From Phyllobates terribilis (lineage: Eukaryota), in NCBI RefSeq assembly GCF_046119375.1, contig NW_027362764.1, forward strand, positions 316,324,001-316,388,000: DNA of 64,000 nt, in the 5' to 3' direction. A program made the position numbers and the translations under genes. Numbering within the stretch: position 1 is the stretch's first letter; the number at the start of each line of letters is the position of its first letter. The notes below the pieces were generated by a model. That model was not told where the DNA came from. It saw only the letters and a program-made list of their open reading frames with translations, and did no database searches. This document shows, piece after piece, positions 45,790 through 58,944 of the stretch.

Positions 45790-48110
45790 TCCCATTATTA
45801 ACGAGTGGGTCTCTTATACTGTTTTTGCGTATGCAGTGACTGCAAGGGCTGCCATAAATTTGGAGTCACTCCAATGCCCCTTGTAAGAGACGTAGAGGAC
45901 AGAGAGCCTCCTAAAAACAATGTTCCCATTATTAGGAAATGGGTCTCCAATAGTGTTTGCCCATGCAGTGAATGCAAATGCTGCCAAAAATTTGGAGGCA
46001 CTCCAATGCACCTTGGAAGAGACACAGAGGTCGGAGAGTCTCCTAAAAACAATGTTCCCATTATTAGGACGTGGGTCTTCCATAGTGCTTGCAAATGCAG
46101 TGAATGCAAACACTGCCAAAAATTTTGAGACACTCCAATGCCCCTTGTAAGAGACATAGAGGTTGGAGCCTCATAAAAACAATGTTCCCATTATTAGGAA
46201 GTGGGTCTCCCATAGTGTTTGCCTATGCTGTGAATGGAAAAGCTGCCAAAAATTTGGAGGCACTCCAATGCCCCTTGGAAGAGACGTAGAGGTTGGAGCC
46301 TCCTAAAAACAATGTTCCCATTATTAGGAAGTGGGTCTCCCATAGTGTTTGCCTATGCAGTAAATGCAAAAGCTGCCAAAAATTTGGAGACACTCCAATG
46401 CCCCTTGGAAGAGACGTAGAGGTTGGAGCCTCCTAAAAACAATGTTCCCATTGTTAGGAAGTGGGTCTCTCATAGTGTTTGCCTATGCTGTGAATGCAAA
46501 AGCTGCCAAAAATTTGGAGGCACACCAATGCCCATTGGAAGAGACACAGAGGTCTGAGAGCCTCCTAAAAACAATGTTCCCATTATTAGAAAGTGGGTCT
46601 CCCATAGTGTTTGCCTATGCTGTGAATGCAAAAGCTGCCAAAAATTTGGAGCCACTCCAATGCCCCTTGGAAGAGACGTAGAGGTCGTAGAGCCTTCTAA
46701 AAACAATGTTCCCATTATTAGGAAGTGGGTCTCCCATAGTGTTTGCCTATGCAGTGAATGCAAAAGCTGCCAAAAATTTGGAGGCATGCCAATGCCCCTT
46801 GGAAGAGACGTAGAGGTCGGAGAGCCTCCAAAAAATAATGTTCCCATTATTAGGAAGTGAGTCTCCCATAGTGTTTGCCTATGCAGTGAAAGCAAAAGCT
46901 TCCAGAAATTTGGAGGCACTCAAATGCACCTTGGAAGAGACAGAGGTCGGAGAGCCTCCTAAAAACAATGTTCCCTTTAGGCAGTGGGTCTCCCATAGTG
47001 TTTGCGTATGAAGTGAATGTAAAAGCTGACAAAAATTTGGAGGCAATCCAATGCCCCTTGGAACATACGTAGAGGTCGGAGAGCCTCCTAAATACAATGC
47101 TCCCATTATTAAGAAGTGGCTCTCCCATAGTGTTTGCCTATGTAGTGAATGCAAAAGCTGCCCAAAATTTGGAGGCACTCCAACGCCCTTTGGAAGAGAC
47201 GTAGAGTTTGGTGTGCCTCCTAAAAACAATGTTCCCATTAGGAAGTGGGTTTCCCATAGTGTTTGCCTATGCAGTGAATGCAAAAGCTGCCAGAAATTTG
47301 GAGGCACTCCAATGCCCCTTGGAAGAGACAGAGGTCGGAGAGCCTCCTAAAAACAATGTTCCCTTTAGGCAGTGGGTCTCCCATAGTGTTTGCGTATGAA
47401 GTGAATGTAAAAGCTGACAAAAATTTGGAGGCAATCCAATGCCCCTTGGAACATACGTAGAGGTCGGAGAGCCTCCTAAATACAATGCTCCCATTATTAA
47501 GAAGTGGCTCTCCCATAGTGTTTGCCTATGTAGTGAATGCAAAAGCTGCCAAAAATTTGGAGGCACTCCAACGCCCTTTGGAAGAGACGTAGAGTTTGGT
47601 GTGCCTCCTAAAAACAATGTTCCCATTAGGAAGTGGGTTTCCCATAGTGTTTGCCTATGCAGTGAATGCAAAAGCTGCCAGAAATTTGGAGACACTCCAA
47701 TGCCCCTTGGAAGAGACACAGAGGTCGGAGAGCCTACTAAAAACAAGGTTCCCATTAGGAAGTGCATCTCCCATAGTGTTTGCCTATGCAGTGAATGCAA
47801 AAGCTGCCAAAAATTTGGAGGCACTCCAATGCCCCTTGGAAGAGACATAGAGGTCGGAGAGCCTCCTATAAACAATGTTCCTATTATTAGGAAGTGGGTC
47901 TCCCATAGTGTTTGCCTATGCAGTGAATACAAAAGCTGCCAAAAATTTGGAGGCACTCCAATGCCCCTTGAAAGAGACGTAGAGATCGGAGAGCCTCCTA
48001 AAAACAATGTTCTCATTATTAAAAAGCGGGTCTCCTATACTGTTTGCTTATGCAGTGAATGCAAAAGCATCCAAAAATTTGGAGGCACTCCAATGCCCCT
48101 TGCAAGACAT
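45790..48110. repeat. ~130-bp tandem satellite (about 18 units) inside the hAT 3' region
   Basis: aaaaacaatgttccca recurs at 130-bp spacing (46175, 46305, ...). Confidence 0.95.
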
Positions 48111-48289
48111 GTAGAGGAGGTGATATGGTGGTGAATGATATGGTGACGGAAGATGAGGAGAAGGAGGAGGACAAGAGTAAATAGACAAATTCAGAAAGCG
48201 CATACCCATTTCTTTGCTGTGAAGACAGAGGTGCATGGGAATAGAATTAGACCTCCCAAAAAAAGACACTGTTTTTGAGTTTAGGTTAC

Positions 48290-51200
48290 GCTGCTTACAA
48301 TTCAGTGGTGTTGAGAAGTCTGGCTGAATCCAGTCCTTGTTCATTTTTATAAGAGTCAGCCTGTCAGCATATTCAGATGACAGGCGGATGCGCCTATTGG
48401 TTATAATTCAACTGGCGGCGCTAAAAACCCACTCTGATAAAACGCTAGCTGCAGGGTAGGCCAGGACCTCCAAGGCGTAGAGAGCTAGTTCATTCCACGT
48501 GTCCAGTTTGGATACCCAGTAATTATAAGGCACAGAGGAATCACGGAGGACGTTGGTACGGTCAGCAAGGTACTCCCTCACCATTTTCCGAAACTTTGCA
48601 CTCCTTGTAAGAGTACCCCGCGCCTCAGGGCCTGTAAGATGGGAGGGTCCGAGAAAACTGTCCCAGAACTTTGACAGTGTTCCCCTGCCTCTGCTGGATT
48701 GGAGTTGTGTTTCTCTCACCTGAACTCCTTGGTTGTCCAAGGAACTGTGACATCTGCCGCCAGCATTTTCAGATGGGAATTTTTTAAATATTTCCGCAAC
48801 AAGGGCCTTCTGGTACTGCCCCATTTTAGTAGACCTGTCCGCTTCAGGAATAAGAGATAGAAAGTTCTCCTTGTAGTGTGGGTCTAGAAGTGTCACCAAC
48901 CAGTAATGACCGTCACCCAAAATTTGGAGAATGCGAGGATCACGGGAAAGGCAGCGTAACATAAACACATCCATGCGTGCCAGAGTGCTAACAGGCAAGA
49001 CTTCCGTGTCCTCACCAAGAAGACAACTGACCATGCTCTCCTCCTCCTTCCTGTCCATAGGCCATCCACGCTGAACAGACGGTATGACAGTTGTGCAGGT
49101 AGTACCATCTATAGTGCCTGAAACTAGCTCCTCTTCCTCCTATTTGTCATTGTCACCTAATCCACGTTTGAATGAGATGAGGCAGGGCTGTGTGTAATCT
49201 CCCTGTATGGTTCTTTGCTCCATCTCATCGTGCTCTGTCTGGAATGCATCCTCTTTGATTGTGAGCAGAGAGCGTTTCAGAAGACAGAGAAGTAGGATCT
49301 AATTATGGCGTCATCGCCGCTCACCATCTTGCTGGAGACCTCAAAGTTTTGTAGGATGATACATATGTCTGACATCCATGTCCACTCCTGAGGTTTTATG
49401 TGTGGAGTCTGAACTGAATACCGATGGCCTTATTGATGCTGGTAGTCAACAATTGCCCTCTTCTGCTCACAAATCCTTCCTGACATCTGCAATGTAGAAT
49501 TTCAATGCGTGGGGACATCACACACCAGTCGGTAAACTGGAAGCTGCAAATGCTGCTGAAACACTGCAAGGGCGACGGAAGCTGTAAGTGACTTTCTAAA
49601 ATTGGCACACAGGCGGCGTACTTTGTCAAGCAGATCCGGCAGCTCCAGGTAGGTTTTGAGAAACCGCTAAACCACGAGGTTAAGCACATGGGCCAGAGCC
49701 GTCACCAGGTTCCTGCCATTGTCACACAAAACCATGCCTGGCTGTAGGTTCAGTTGTGTCAGCCACAGATCTGTCTGCTCTTTCAGATCTGTCCACAACT
49801 CTTCAGCATTGTGTGGTTTGTCACCTAAGCATATGAGCTTCAGCACAGCCTGTTGCCACTTGGCCGAGGCAGTGCTGCAGTGCTTCCAGCTTGTGACTGA
49901 TGTGGTCATTTTGGAGATGGATGCTGAAGAGGAGGAGGAGATGCAGGTGCTGTAGAATGTGGGGGCAACCCTGATTGAACAAGAACACTCAGTACTCGGC
50001 GTCAGGAGAACATGTTCCATCCCAAAGTCCTACTGGGTCCAGGCTTCCCCTATTTTAACCCAGTGTGCCATCAGCGAGATGTACCGTCCCTGCCCACAAG
50101 CACTTGTCCACGTGTCCGTGGTAAGGTGGAGTTTCTCAGTAACTGCATTGTTAAGGGCACGGCTAATGTTGTGGGACACGTGCTCGTGAAATGTGGGGAC
50201 GGCACACCGGGAGAAATACTGGTGGCTGGGGACCGAGTGCTGAGGGACGGCCGCTGCCATCAGGTTGTGGAAAGCTTCCGTCTCCATGAGCCTAAAAGGC
50301 AACAGTTTGAGCGCAAGCATTCGCGAAATGTGTGAATTTAGTAGTGTGGTCTGTGTCGCGTCCGCTTTGCACTTGCGTTCAAAGGACAACTGAACGCTGT
50401 GCTGGGACAAGGACGAGCTTGATGATCGTGCTAGTTGAGAGTATGCAATGACAAGTGTAGGGTAGGAGGCATCTTCACGTGTGCCATGGACAGAGGATTG
50501 TCTTGCATGCGGAAGAAGCAGTGGTGCCACTCGCAGACACTGTTCTTGGATCCTGGGGTTCGGCCCATTTAGTCGGGTGCTTTGCTGCCATGTGCCTGAT
50601 CATGCTGGTGGTGGTCAGGCTGGTAGTTTTGCTACCCCTGCTGATGCTGGCCTGGCAGGTGGTGCAAGTGGCTTTTTTGGGGTTATCGGCAGAGTCTTTA
50701 AAAAACAACCAGACTCGAGAAGACCTAACAGTTGTACTGGCAACTTCCGTCGTGTTGATGTTATGGGGAACGGTTGCTCATCTTCTGTCTGCGGCCACCA
50801 CACTGCTTCTTCCTGACTGTTGTGGTGCTCTGCCTCCCTCCCCCTGTGTGATACTCTCCTCGCTCTGTGTTATGCTCCCGCCCGGACTGACTAGCGTGAG
50901 CGTGATTAGTGATCCCACTGTACCATGAACCAAGGAAAGCCTGGAGGGGCGTAACTAAGTATCAACCCGATCCGACCAAGGTCGCATGGTGGCTCAGTTG
51001 ACTTCGTGAACCAGGGAGGAACCGAGCAGATGGACCAGGTGCTACTCCAGGTCAGACCCCGGTCACAGCTGTTGACCCACACCAGGGAATGCAGGAACAG
51101 GCAGGTTAAACTGGCATATTGACTAGTGGGTACTGGCAGGCATGGCTGGTATGCAGACAGGTGGATGTTGACAGGCACGGCAGGCATGCAGACAGGTGGG

Positions 51201-52997
51201 CACTGGCAGGTACGGCTGGCATGCAAACAGGTGGGCACAGGCAGGCACGGCTGGCATGCAGACAGGCGGGTACTGGCAAGTAGGAAGGTAGGCAGGATAG
51301 GGACCAGTACAGACTGGGATACCAGAACAGAGCCGCAGGTGCGGTAGACAAGCAGAGCGGAGCAAAAAACCCGCAGATGCAGTGAACAAGCAAAGCAGGA
51401 CAAAACCGCAGATGCGGTGGACAAGTGGAGCAGAGCGAACCGCAGATGAGGTAGACAAGTGGAGCAGAGCGAAACCGCAGGTGCGGTAGACAAGCTGAGC
51501 AGAGCGAAACCGCAGGTGCGGTGAGCAAGCAGAGTGACACCGCCGGTGCGGTGAGCAAGCAGAGCGAAACCGCAGGTGCGGTGGGCAAGCAGAGCAGAAC
51601 AGAGCAGGAGGTGCAGACAGGACAGGGCTCTGTTCACATGGAACAGACTGGAAAATACAGGAAGATAGTGAGAATACAAGAGTTAGATGCAGAGGCAGGG
51701 AAATGGGACAAGCAGAACCAGATACACACAAGGTACTTACAATGAAGTAGCAAGTGGACACTATACTCACAAACAGAAGTACAGAGACAACGAGTTGGAG
51801 TTAAGTGCAGGTTCAGACACTGCAAGACAAGGGCAGGTACGGACATAGAGACAAACAAGTAACGGGCTAGAACACTATTCAGACAGGAACTGAACCAGGA
51901 ACAAGATACAGGAAAGAGCCTGGGAACTCAGCCCCCAGGGTGGTGGAAACAGACTAGAAGTCACAGATACAGATAACGGGCCTGGGTATACAGCCCACAG
52001 GGTGGCGGAAACAGACTAGGAGTCAAAGGTACAGGTAACGGCCCTGGGTATTCAGCCCCCAGGGTGGCGGAAACAGACAAAATACAGGACAGGACCTGGC
52101 ACCTCTGTTGCAAGGCACAACTGAAGGAAAGTGTTGCTCAGGCCCCTCCTACTGGATGGAGGGGGTTTAAGTATCCAGTGACTCACAGCAATAGGCTGGG
52201 GACTCATTATGACTGTGCACACAATAGCTATAAGAAACGAGCAGAAAGCCGCGCCGACGCCCTAAGCAGTCAGACCAGAGACATGGACAGAGCAGGTACT
52301 GGAGCAAAGAGTGCAGCATGGACTGACAGGTAAGATTGCGGTCTTGCATGGTGGGAGGTGGGTGCACCATGCAAGCATGCCGCCAGGGATGTTACACTCT
52401 GTGGGTCCCCCTGCCAGGTTGGTTCAGTTACGATATAATCCACCACCTAATCTTCCACTTCCACACCCTAGTCCTCCTCCTGACTTTCTGGCAATTGTAT
52501 CTCATCATCGTCCACCTCTTGTGACATTTTCCCACCGTCACCTTCATGTGACCGTGGCTGCTCAAATATTTGGGCATCGCTACATGCGATCTCCTCTTGC
52601 CCCACTTCAAGTGGACCAAAAGTGAACAGCTCTTCTTAGTGTCCAAGTGTGAGATCAGTTGTCTCTGGGCACTCGGCATAGTGGGAGGAGGGGTGAGGAA
52701 TATGTGGTCCAGATTCACGGCTAGTGAGACTTGACCGTGTGAAAGACAGGGTGGTGGTGGTGATGGGTAAGTGGAAGCATTATCTGCTATCCAACCAATA
52801 ACCTTTTCATACAGCTCTGTGTTCAATAATGGTGTTCTTCAGTCCCCTATTAATTGGGACAGGAATGTAGATCGAGAAGATATGGGTGTTTGTTGTGGCA
52901 CAATTTCAGCTTGCCCACGGCCCCGGCCTCGTCCTCTGCATGCACCATCATCACCATCACGTCCACTTCCCCGTCCCTTGCCACGGGTCTTGCCCAT
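48290..52997 (-). pseudogene. hAT transposase (BED finger, catalytic core, hATC), frameshifted and split by a solo LTR
   Basis: ATG at 52997 (MGKTRG...), BED finger ATCTTC...RHMAAKH, LTTDTWTS, CDNG, SKLDTW...AASVLSE; 3' end approximate. Confidence 0.9.
50868..52396 (-). mobile_element. Solo LTR E (1529 bp), chromovirus-type, inserted in the hAT transposase
   Basis: TG...CA termini; 5-bp TSD CTCTG (50863-50867 and 52397-52401); same layout as the B LTR with internal short tandem repeats. Confidence 0.9.
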
Positions 52998-54129
52998 TTT
53001 AAATGGAGGACAATATTTTCCACGTTCACTACAAATGGCTGGATTTGAATCACAGTGATATGTGATACATGTGATGGAAAAACCACAGTTTTAAATAGCT
53101 GGCCTGTAGGTAACTATTTTTAACGGCGACCTCGTGTCAAAAACTTCGCTGACACACTGCAACAAAATTTCAATGGAGGCCAGAAATGGCAGAATTTTCA
53201 GCGCATTTATATGTGATCTGTGTGACGGACAAACCACAGTTTTATTTAGCTGGCCTGTAGATAACTATTTTTAACTGCGACCTTGTGTCCATAACTTCTC
53301 TGACACATTGCAACAAAATTTCAATGGAGGCCAGAAATATCCGTATAAGCACCAGCAGACAGAACTGGAACGGACCCTCTTGCTATATGCACTGCAGTCT
53401 GAAACATACACTGCCTGCCTGCCTAGCACTGATATCTCTGCAGATAGATTAATCTTCAGAAGGACTGTTAGATGAGATGGATATGTGAATAATATATGAT
53501 GGTATACCTACACTAACTAAGAAACAAGCAAATCTCTCCCTAGCTCTGCAGCACCTCTCCCTACCCTGCCTGATTCCGGAGTAGACTGTGACGAACATGG
53601 CGGCGCCAGGTCTGATATAGACCTGATGATGATTTGCGGCCAGCCAATCACTTTAATGCCACAACCAACATGGCTGCGACATTACAGTGTGTGGCAGACA
53701 ATCAGGGAGGAGACCCGAGCTCCCGCCGAGCAACCCCGGGAATACTCGGCGAGCGCCGAGCATCTCGATCAGTGAGATGCTCGGGCAAGCACCGAGCAGT
53801 AGCGAGCATGCTCACTCATCACTAAATATGACTATATTGAAGCAAAAAAAAGCTAATTTTTTTAGGTGAAATTTGCAAAACTGGGTCTGTTAAGACAGCA
53901 CAGGGAAACTTTCAGAATAAATTTGATAAATGTGCTCTGCATATAAACTGTATTTCACATTGCTTGAAGTAATTTGAATCCACTAAGTGTTATTTTTTGT
54001 GAAAAGTCTGGGCCAACCAAAAATTTCAGAAGAAATATTGATTTGAAACATACACGAGTGTAGTCATAAAAAGTTAGCCAGATTTATGTTATGAAAACGT
54101 ATCTCATAAAAATGTTGTGAGCCATATAG

Positions 54130-54360
54130 ATTACATCTTCTTCAGGAGATAAATCCAGACAAAACAAAACTCCATGACTTTTGCATTCACTTGGAGGGCC
54201 AATCGGATAAGGACAAATTTGGCAAAAAAATGGTGTTCAGCAATGAACCTACCTTTCACCTTTAAAGGAAGGTTAATCACCACTATGTTACAATTTGGGG
54301 ATCAAAAAACTATGTGCCCTAATCGAGCATGTCAGGACTCATCCAAAGTAAGTGTGTCTG
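54130..54360 (+). mobile_element. Tc1/mariner-superfamily transposase fragment
   Basis: KMVFSNEPTFHL*RKVNHHYVTIWGSKN resembles FSDEATFHLxGKVNRHNVRIWG. Confidence 0.6.
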
Positions 54361-54518
54361 CACAATGATGAGGCAAAAAGTCTATGGTCCCTTTTTTGTG
54401 CTGATATGTTAGTGCAACATAAACTGCAATGGGTGTCCAAGTGTGGTGTTCATCCAGGGAATTAAACCATCATGAGCAGGGTGAATAAATAGAATTTGAT
54501 GCTTTATTAGGATAAAAC

Positions 54519-54562
54519 TGCAATCTATTTTCGATTCCAAACTCCAGAATCTTCCTCAGGCA
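54519..54562 (-). ncRNA. Degenerate hammerhead-like motif, probably from a Penelope-like terminal repeat
   Basis: tgc-CTGAGGA-A-GATTC tggagtttg GAATC-GAAA-atagatt-gca, with AATAAA 11 nt downstream; stem III is poorly formed. Confidence 0.4.
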
Positions 54563-55328
54563 TGAAAATACATCTGTTCAATTTTAAGTTAAACCCAGTA
54601 ATCACTGACATGTATTTCAGGGTATTTTACCCTCTTGGGGCTGCAAACTTTCTATTGCTTACGCAGAACCCTGCCAGGCCTAGAAAACTAGAAAGCTTTG
54701 GGGATTTCACTGATGCCGATTCGAAAATGCAAAGAGGACCTGACGAGGGGCTGGGAGAGGTGAATATAAGGATTGCTTATTTATTATTTTTTAACAGTTT
54801 TATGGCGTTTTATAGTTCAGTAATATAGAAAAATGCTATTGCGCTTATTGTTATTCCAGCTTCTTTACCTCTGCATAATATCTTTGACAGATGTGATGCA
54901 GAACCGGCACCACCACTGAAGGAAAGAGAAGGATGCTGATACCTACCATCCTTTGGTGCCTATCACCCTTGCAAAATTAACAAAATCAGTGTGATGTTTT
55001 AATCCCATGCTCAGTATGAAGGCATTTCTCTCAATAACCTGCTCCTCGCTGATCCTAAACAATCCACTTAAAAAAAGCCTAAAAATCAATTAAAAACATC
55101 ACTGAAAAAAAGAAATAGCCACCATACTTGCACTATCACAACACAAATGTACAACAGAATACAGCTGGTCCTTCATGATAAAAGCACACAGGTGCAAAAT
55201 ACTAATAAAACAACCACTTTACTAACCCACCAAATGTCCGTGGGGTGGCAGACTAGTATTCAAAATGCACACAGGCTTGAAAAGAGTGCCATTCACTCCA
55301 TTATGTGAAATGCACCTCTCTACATATA

Positions 55329-56875
55329 CACTGTGTGCAGAATTATAAGGCAAGTTGTATTTTAGAGGATTATTTTTATTATTGATCAACAACTATGTTC
55401 TCAATCAACCCAAAAGACTCATAAATATCCAAGCTTAATATTTTTGGAAGTTTGAGTGGGCTTTTTTTAGATTTGGCTATCTTAGGAGGATATCTGTTTG
55501 TGCAGGTAACTATTACAGTGCAGAATTATTAGGCAACTTAACAAAAACCAAATAGAATCCCATCTCACTTGTTTATTTTCACCAGGTAAACCAATATCAG
55601 TGCACAAAATTTAGAAATAAACATATCTGACATGCAAAAACAAAAACAAAAAAAATTAGTGATCAATATTGCCACCTTTCTTTATGATGACACTCAACAG
55701 CCTTACATCCATAGATTCTGTCAGTTGCTCGATCTGTTTTCGATCAACATTGCATGCAGCAGCCACTACAGCCTCCCAGACACTGTTCCCAGAGGTGTAC
55801 TGTTATTCCTCCCTGTAGATCTCACATTTTATGAGGGACCACAGGTTCTCTATGGGGTTCAGATCAGGTGAACAAGAGGGCCATGTCATTATTTTTTCTT
55901 CTTTTAGACCTTTACTGGCCAGTCACACTGTGGAGTAGTTGGATGCATGTGATGGAGCATTGTCCTGCATGAAAATCATGTTTTTCTTGAACGATACCGA
56001 CTTCTTCCTGTACCACTGCTCGAAGAAGTTGTCTTCCAGAAACTGGCAGTAGGTCTGGGAGTTGAGCTTCACTCCATCCTCAACCCGAAAAGATCCCACA
56101 AGTTCATCTTTGATGATACCAGCCCAAAACAGTACCCCACCTCCTCCTTGCTGGCGTCTGAGTTGAAATGGAGCTCTCTGCCCTTTACAGATCCAGCCTC
56201 TGGCCCATCCATCTGGCCCATCAAGAGTCACTCTCATTTCATCAGTCCATAAAACCTTTGAAAAATCAGTCTTAAGATATTTCTTGTCCCATTCTTGACG
56301 TTTTATCTTATGTTTCTTGTTCAAAGGTGGTCGTTTTTCAGCCTTCCTTACCTTGGCCATGTCCCTGAGTATCGCATACCTTTTGCTTTTTGATACTCCA
56401 GTAACGTTGCAGCTCTGAAATATGGCAAAAATGGTGGCGAATGGCATCTTGGCAGCTTCACGCTTGATTTTCCTCAATGGGCAGTTACTTGGCCAACACT
56501 CTTCTTGCGACCCTGTTGGCTATTTGCCATGAAACGCTTGATTGTTCGGTGATCATGCTTCAAAAGTTTGGAAATTTCAAGACTGCTGCATCCCTCTGCA
56601 AGACATCACACAATTTTGGACTTTTTAGAGCTTGTAAAATCTCTCTTCTGACCCATTTTGCCAAAGGAAAGGAAGTTGCCTAATAATTAAGCACAGCTTA
56701 TATAGGGTTTTGATGTTATTAGTCAACACCCCTGCTCATTACAGAGATGCACATCACCAGATTTACTTAATTGGTAGTTGGCTCTCAAGCCTATGCAGCT
56801 TGGAGTAGAACCATTTGTATAAAAAGTATCAAAGTGATCAAAATACGCATTTGCCTAATAAGTCTGCATGCGGTG
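55329..56875 (-). mobile_element. Tc1-like DD37E (TRT-type) transposon, full length, degraded
   Basis: TA flanks; ~25-bp TIRs CACTGTGTGCAGAATTA...; WTDEMRVTLDGPDGW; QDNAPSH...PDLNPIE with 37 residues between D and E (one W codon is now a stop). Confidence 0.9.
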
Positions 56876-57399
56876 TAACAGCCTATTATCAACACCCCTA
56901 CTATTACATCAGGTGCGCTGCCAATATCATATGTGTATCCAAAGACCAGACATCCCATATTACCCAGCCTCCACTGGAAGGACCTGTCCTGTACCCTGCA
57001 TAAAAATGTGCAAAAAAGATGTATATAATGCATAAGGTATTGGTTGATATTTTGGCTAAAATACACAAACTAGCAACCCACAACAATGGTCTTCATTATC
57101 TTGAGTTCCTACTCTTAATTCAAATATAATTCACTGAGAAAGGCCAAAAAATCAATTAGAAACATCACTGGAAAAGAGAAATAGCATCCATACTTGCAAT
57201 GTCATGTCCAGACACAAATGCACAACAGGATGTAGCATGTCTCCGCCAATTCTTATCTAAACAAAAGCCTTATAAAAGTGCAAATTCACTTCAGACAAAA
57301 TCATGTTGCAGTAAGGGTCAATAACCAGCAACTGTTTCATTGTTTTATCATGAGGTAAGACAGTAAAAACCTACCTCAGGTTTTTATGGCACAAGGACA

Positions 57400-58180
57400 A
57401 TGACATCCAGAAGGAGGTCATAGATTACAGGATGAAGGTACATGTCTTTGACAACAGCCCCTCTCCTGCTGTAGCGATTTATGGAATAAGACAGACAGCC
57501 CAAGAAGGTGATAAGGAGTATGGACTTGATGCCCATCAATTTGTGAAGAAGAACTTCTATGTAGATGATGAACTTAAGTCCCAGAAGCAACAAGGGTGGG
57601 AGACATGTAAGAAGTTTCTGAAGGTTGTTAAACATCTCCAAGGCCCACGTTGTTATGCCTCAAAGTCCCTTTCAACTGCCCTCAGAAAAGAAGTTCATAT
57701 TTTCTCTCATGAATCTACAGAGGCAAGAGCCACAGTAACCTATATGAAAACCTTAGAACCAAAAAACAGGTACATTGAGGATTTGTCCTGGGCAAGGCCA
57801 AATTAACCCTAAAACCTTCATACTCTGTACCAAGACTTGAACCTTGTGCTGCTATACTAGCAGTGGAAATTGCCAATGTTACTCTTGAGCAGTGGCATCA
57901 CATCTTTACTAGTCTGGGCCCAAATGACCGAAGAACAGGACTCACTGCTGCATTTAGCTTTGGTGATAACATGTTCCTGTTGCCTCCAGATTTCCTGTAT
58001 GAGGATCGTGGCCCTATTGATCCCAGCAGTGCATATGAACTTGTGAAATCAGAGTCTGATAAGAAGAGCAGACCAGCCATCTCTACATGCTGCATACCTG
58101 TGGTACCAAGGTTAAAGCTGAGGCCTCATCGCTTTGGGCACTTCTTGAACTGGTATTCTGTTGTGCAGTCTGACTCACAT
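57400..58180 (+). mobile_element. BEL/Pao LTR retrotransposon pol fragments
   Basis: VHVFDNSPSPAVAIYG...FYVDD (BEL/Pao RT), and PDFLYE...ELVKSESDKKSRP...HRF (RNase H-IN linker-like). Confidence 0.65.
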
Positions 58181-58205
58181 TGCTCAGTGCTTCTTAAGAG
58201 AAGAC

Positions 58206-58430
58206 TAAAGATGAGCGAATGGTTCAATATTAGATTCGGATTACGAATGTCCAATTTGCAATATTGGTCGATTTATTTGTCGAATGATCGTCGAACGTTA
58301 CCAAACGCCATAGAATTCAATGGGGGGACAAAAAAACCCATACACAACACCTTAAAACTGGCCCAAAAGCTGGCAAAACGCATCAAATTAGGGGTAGACA
58401 CCTGGAAAGTGCCATAAATTGACCCAGAGT
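58206..58430. mobile_element. Terminal fragment of a non-autonomous hAT-like element
   Basis: Starts TAAAGATGAGCGAA, similar to the hAT TIR type, with CGAA/TTCG subterminal repeats. Confidence 0.45.
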
Positions 58431-58944
58431 ACTAATACTATAATTATTATTATTATTACAGCGACATTTATTCCGTGGCGCTTTATATGTCAAAAGGGGT
58501 CACTGACTCGTACAAAATGAGAGAGGACCCTGCCCACGAGGGCGCACAAACAATCTACAAGGGATGGATGAGGATACAGTAGGTCAGGGTACAGCTAGTC
58601 ATGCAGCGGTATGCTGGAGCGAGGTTTACCACAGATTGTACACTTGTCACAAGAACTGGGTCTTCAGCTTCCTTTTCAAGGTTTGCACGGTAAGTGAGAG
58701 TCTGATGTGTTGGGGTACAGCAATACACAGTAGTGGAGATACACGGGACAAATCTTGTATGTGATAGTGACAAGAAGAGAAAAGAGAGAAGTAGAGAAGG
58801 AGATCTTGGAAGGATGGGAAGTTGGGTGTAGATAACTAGAACAGGGAGACAAGGTCACACATGTATAAAGGAGACAGGTTTTCGATGGCTTGGTATGCCA
58901 AAATTAGGCTTTTCAACTGGAGTCTCTGGGCAACAGGGAGCCAG

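Larger units (their letters stand above)
45076..53824 (-). mobile_element. Full-length hAT (Ac/ZBED-like) DNA transposon, 8749 bp
   Basis: 16-bp TIRs TAGTGATGGGCGAGCA / TGCTCACTCATCACTA; 8-bp TSD AATATGAC (45068-45075 and 53825-53832); subterminal GCTCGG/CCGAGCA repeats. Confidence 0.97.

Noticed and set aside
47439-48134. 231-aa ORF with repeated CxCxxCxxC, resembling a metallothionein or zinc-binding protein
   Set aside because: It is a translation of satellite units whose lengths happen to keep frame. Neighbouring units break the frame, and the opposite strand is equally open.
50906-51770. Cys/Leu/Ala-rich ORFs up to 257 aa
   Set aside because: They are translations of short tandem repeats within solo LTR E.
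54621-54759. Possible host exon (TTTCAG acceptor, GAG|GTGAAT donor, one open frame)
   Set aside because: No recognisable protein, no supported partner exons, and it adjoins a probable repeat terminus. It would need RNA-seq support.
55070-57240. Two similar ~100-bp segments at about 55070-55170 and 57140-57230
   Set aside because: They are highly diverged with no termini, TSD or ribozyme core that I could support.
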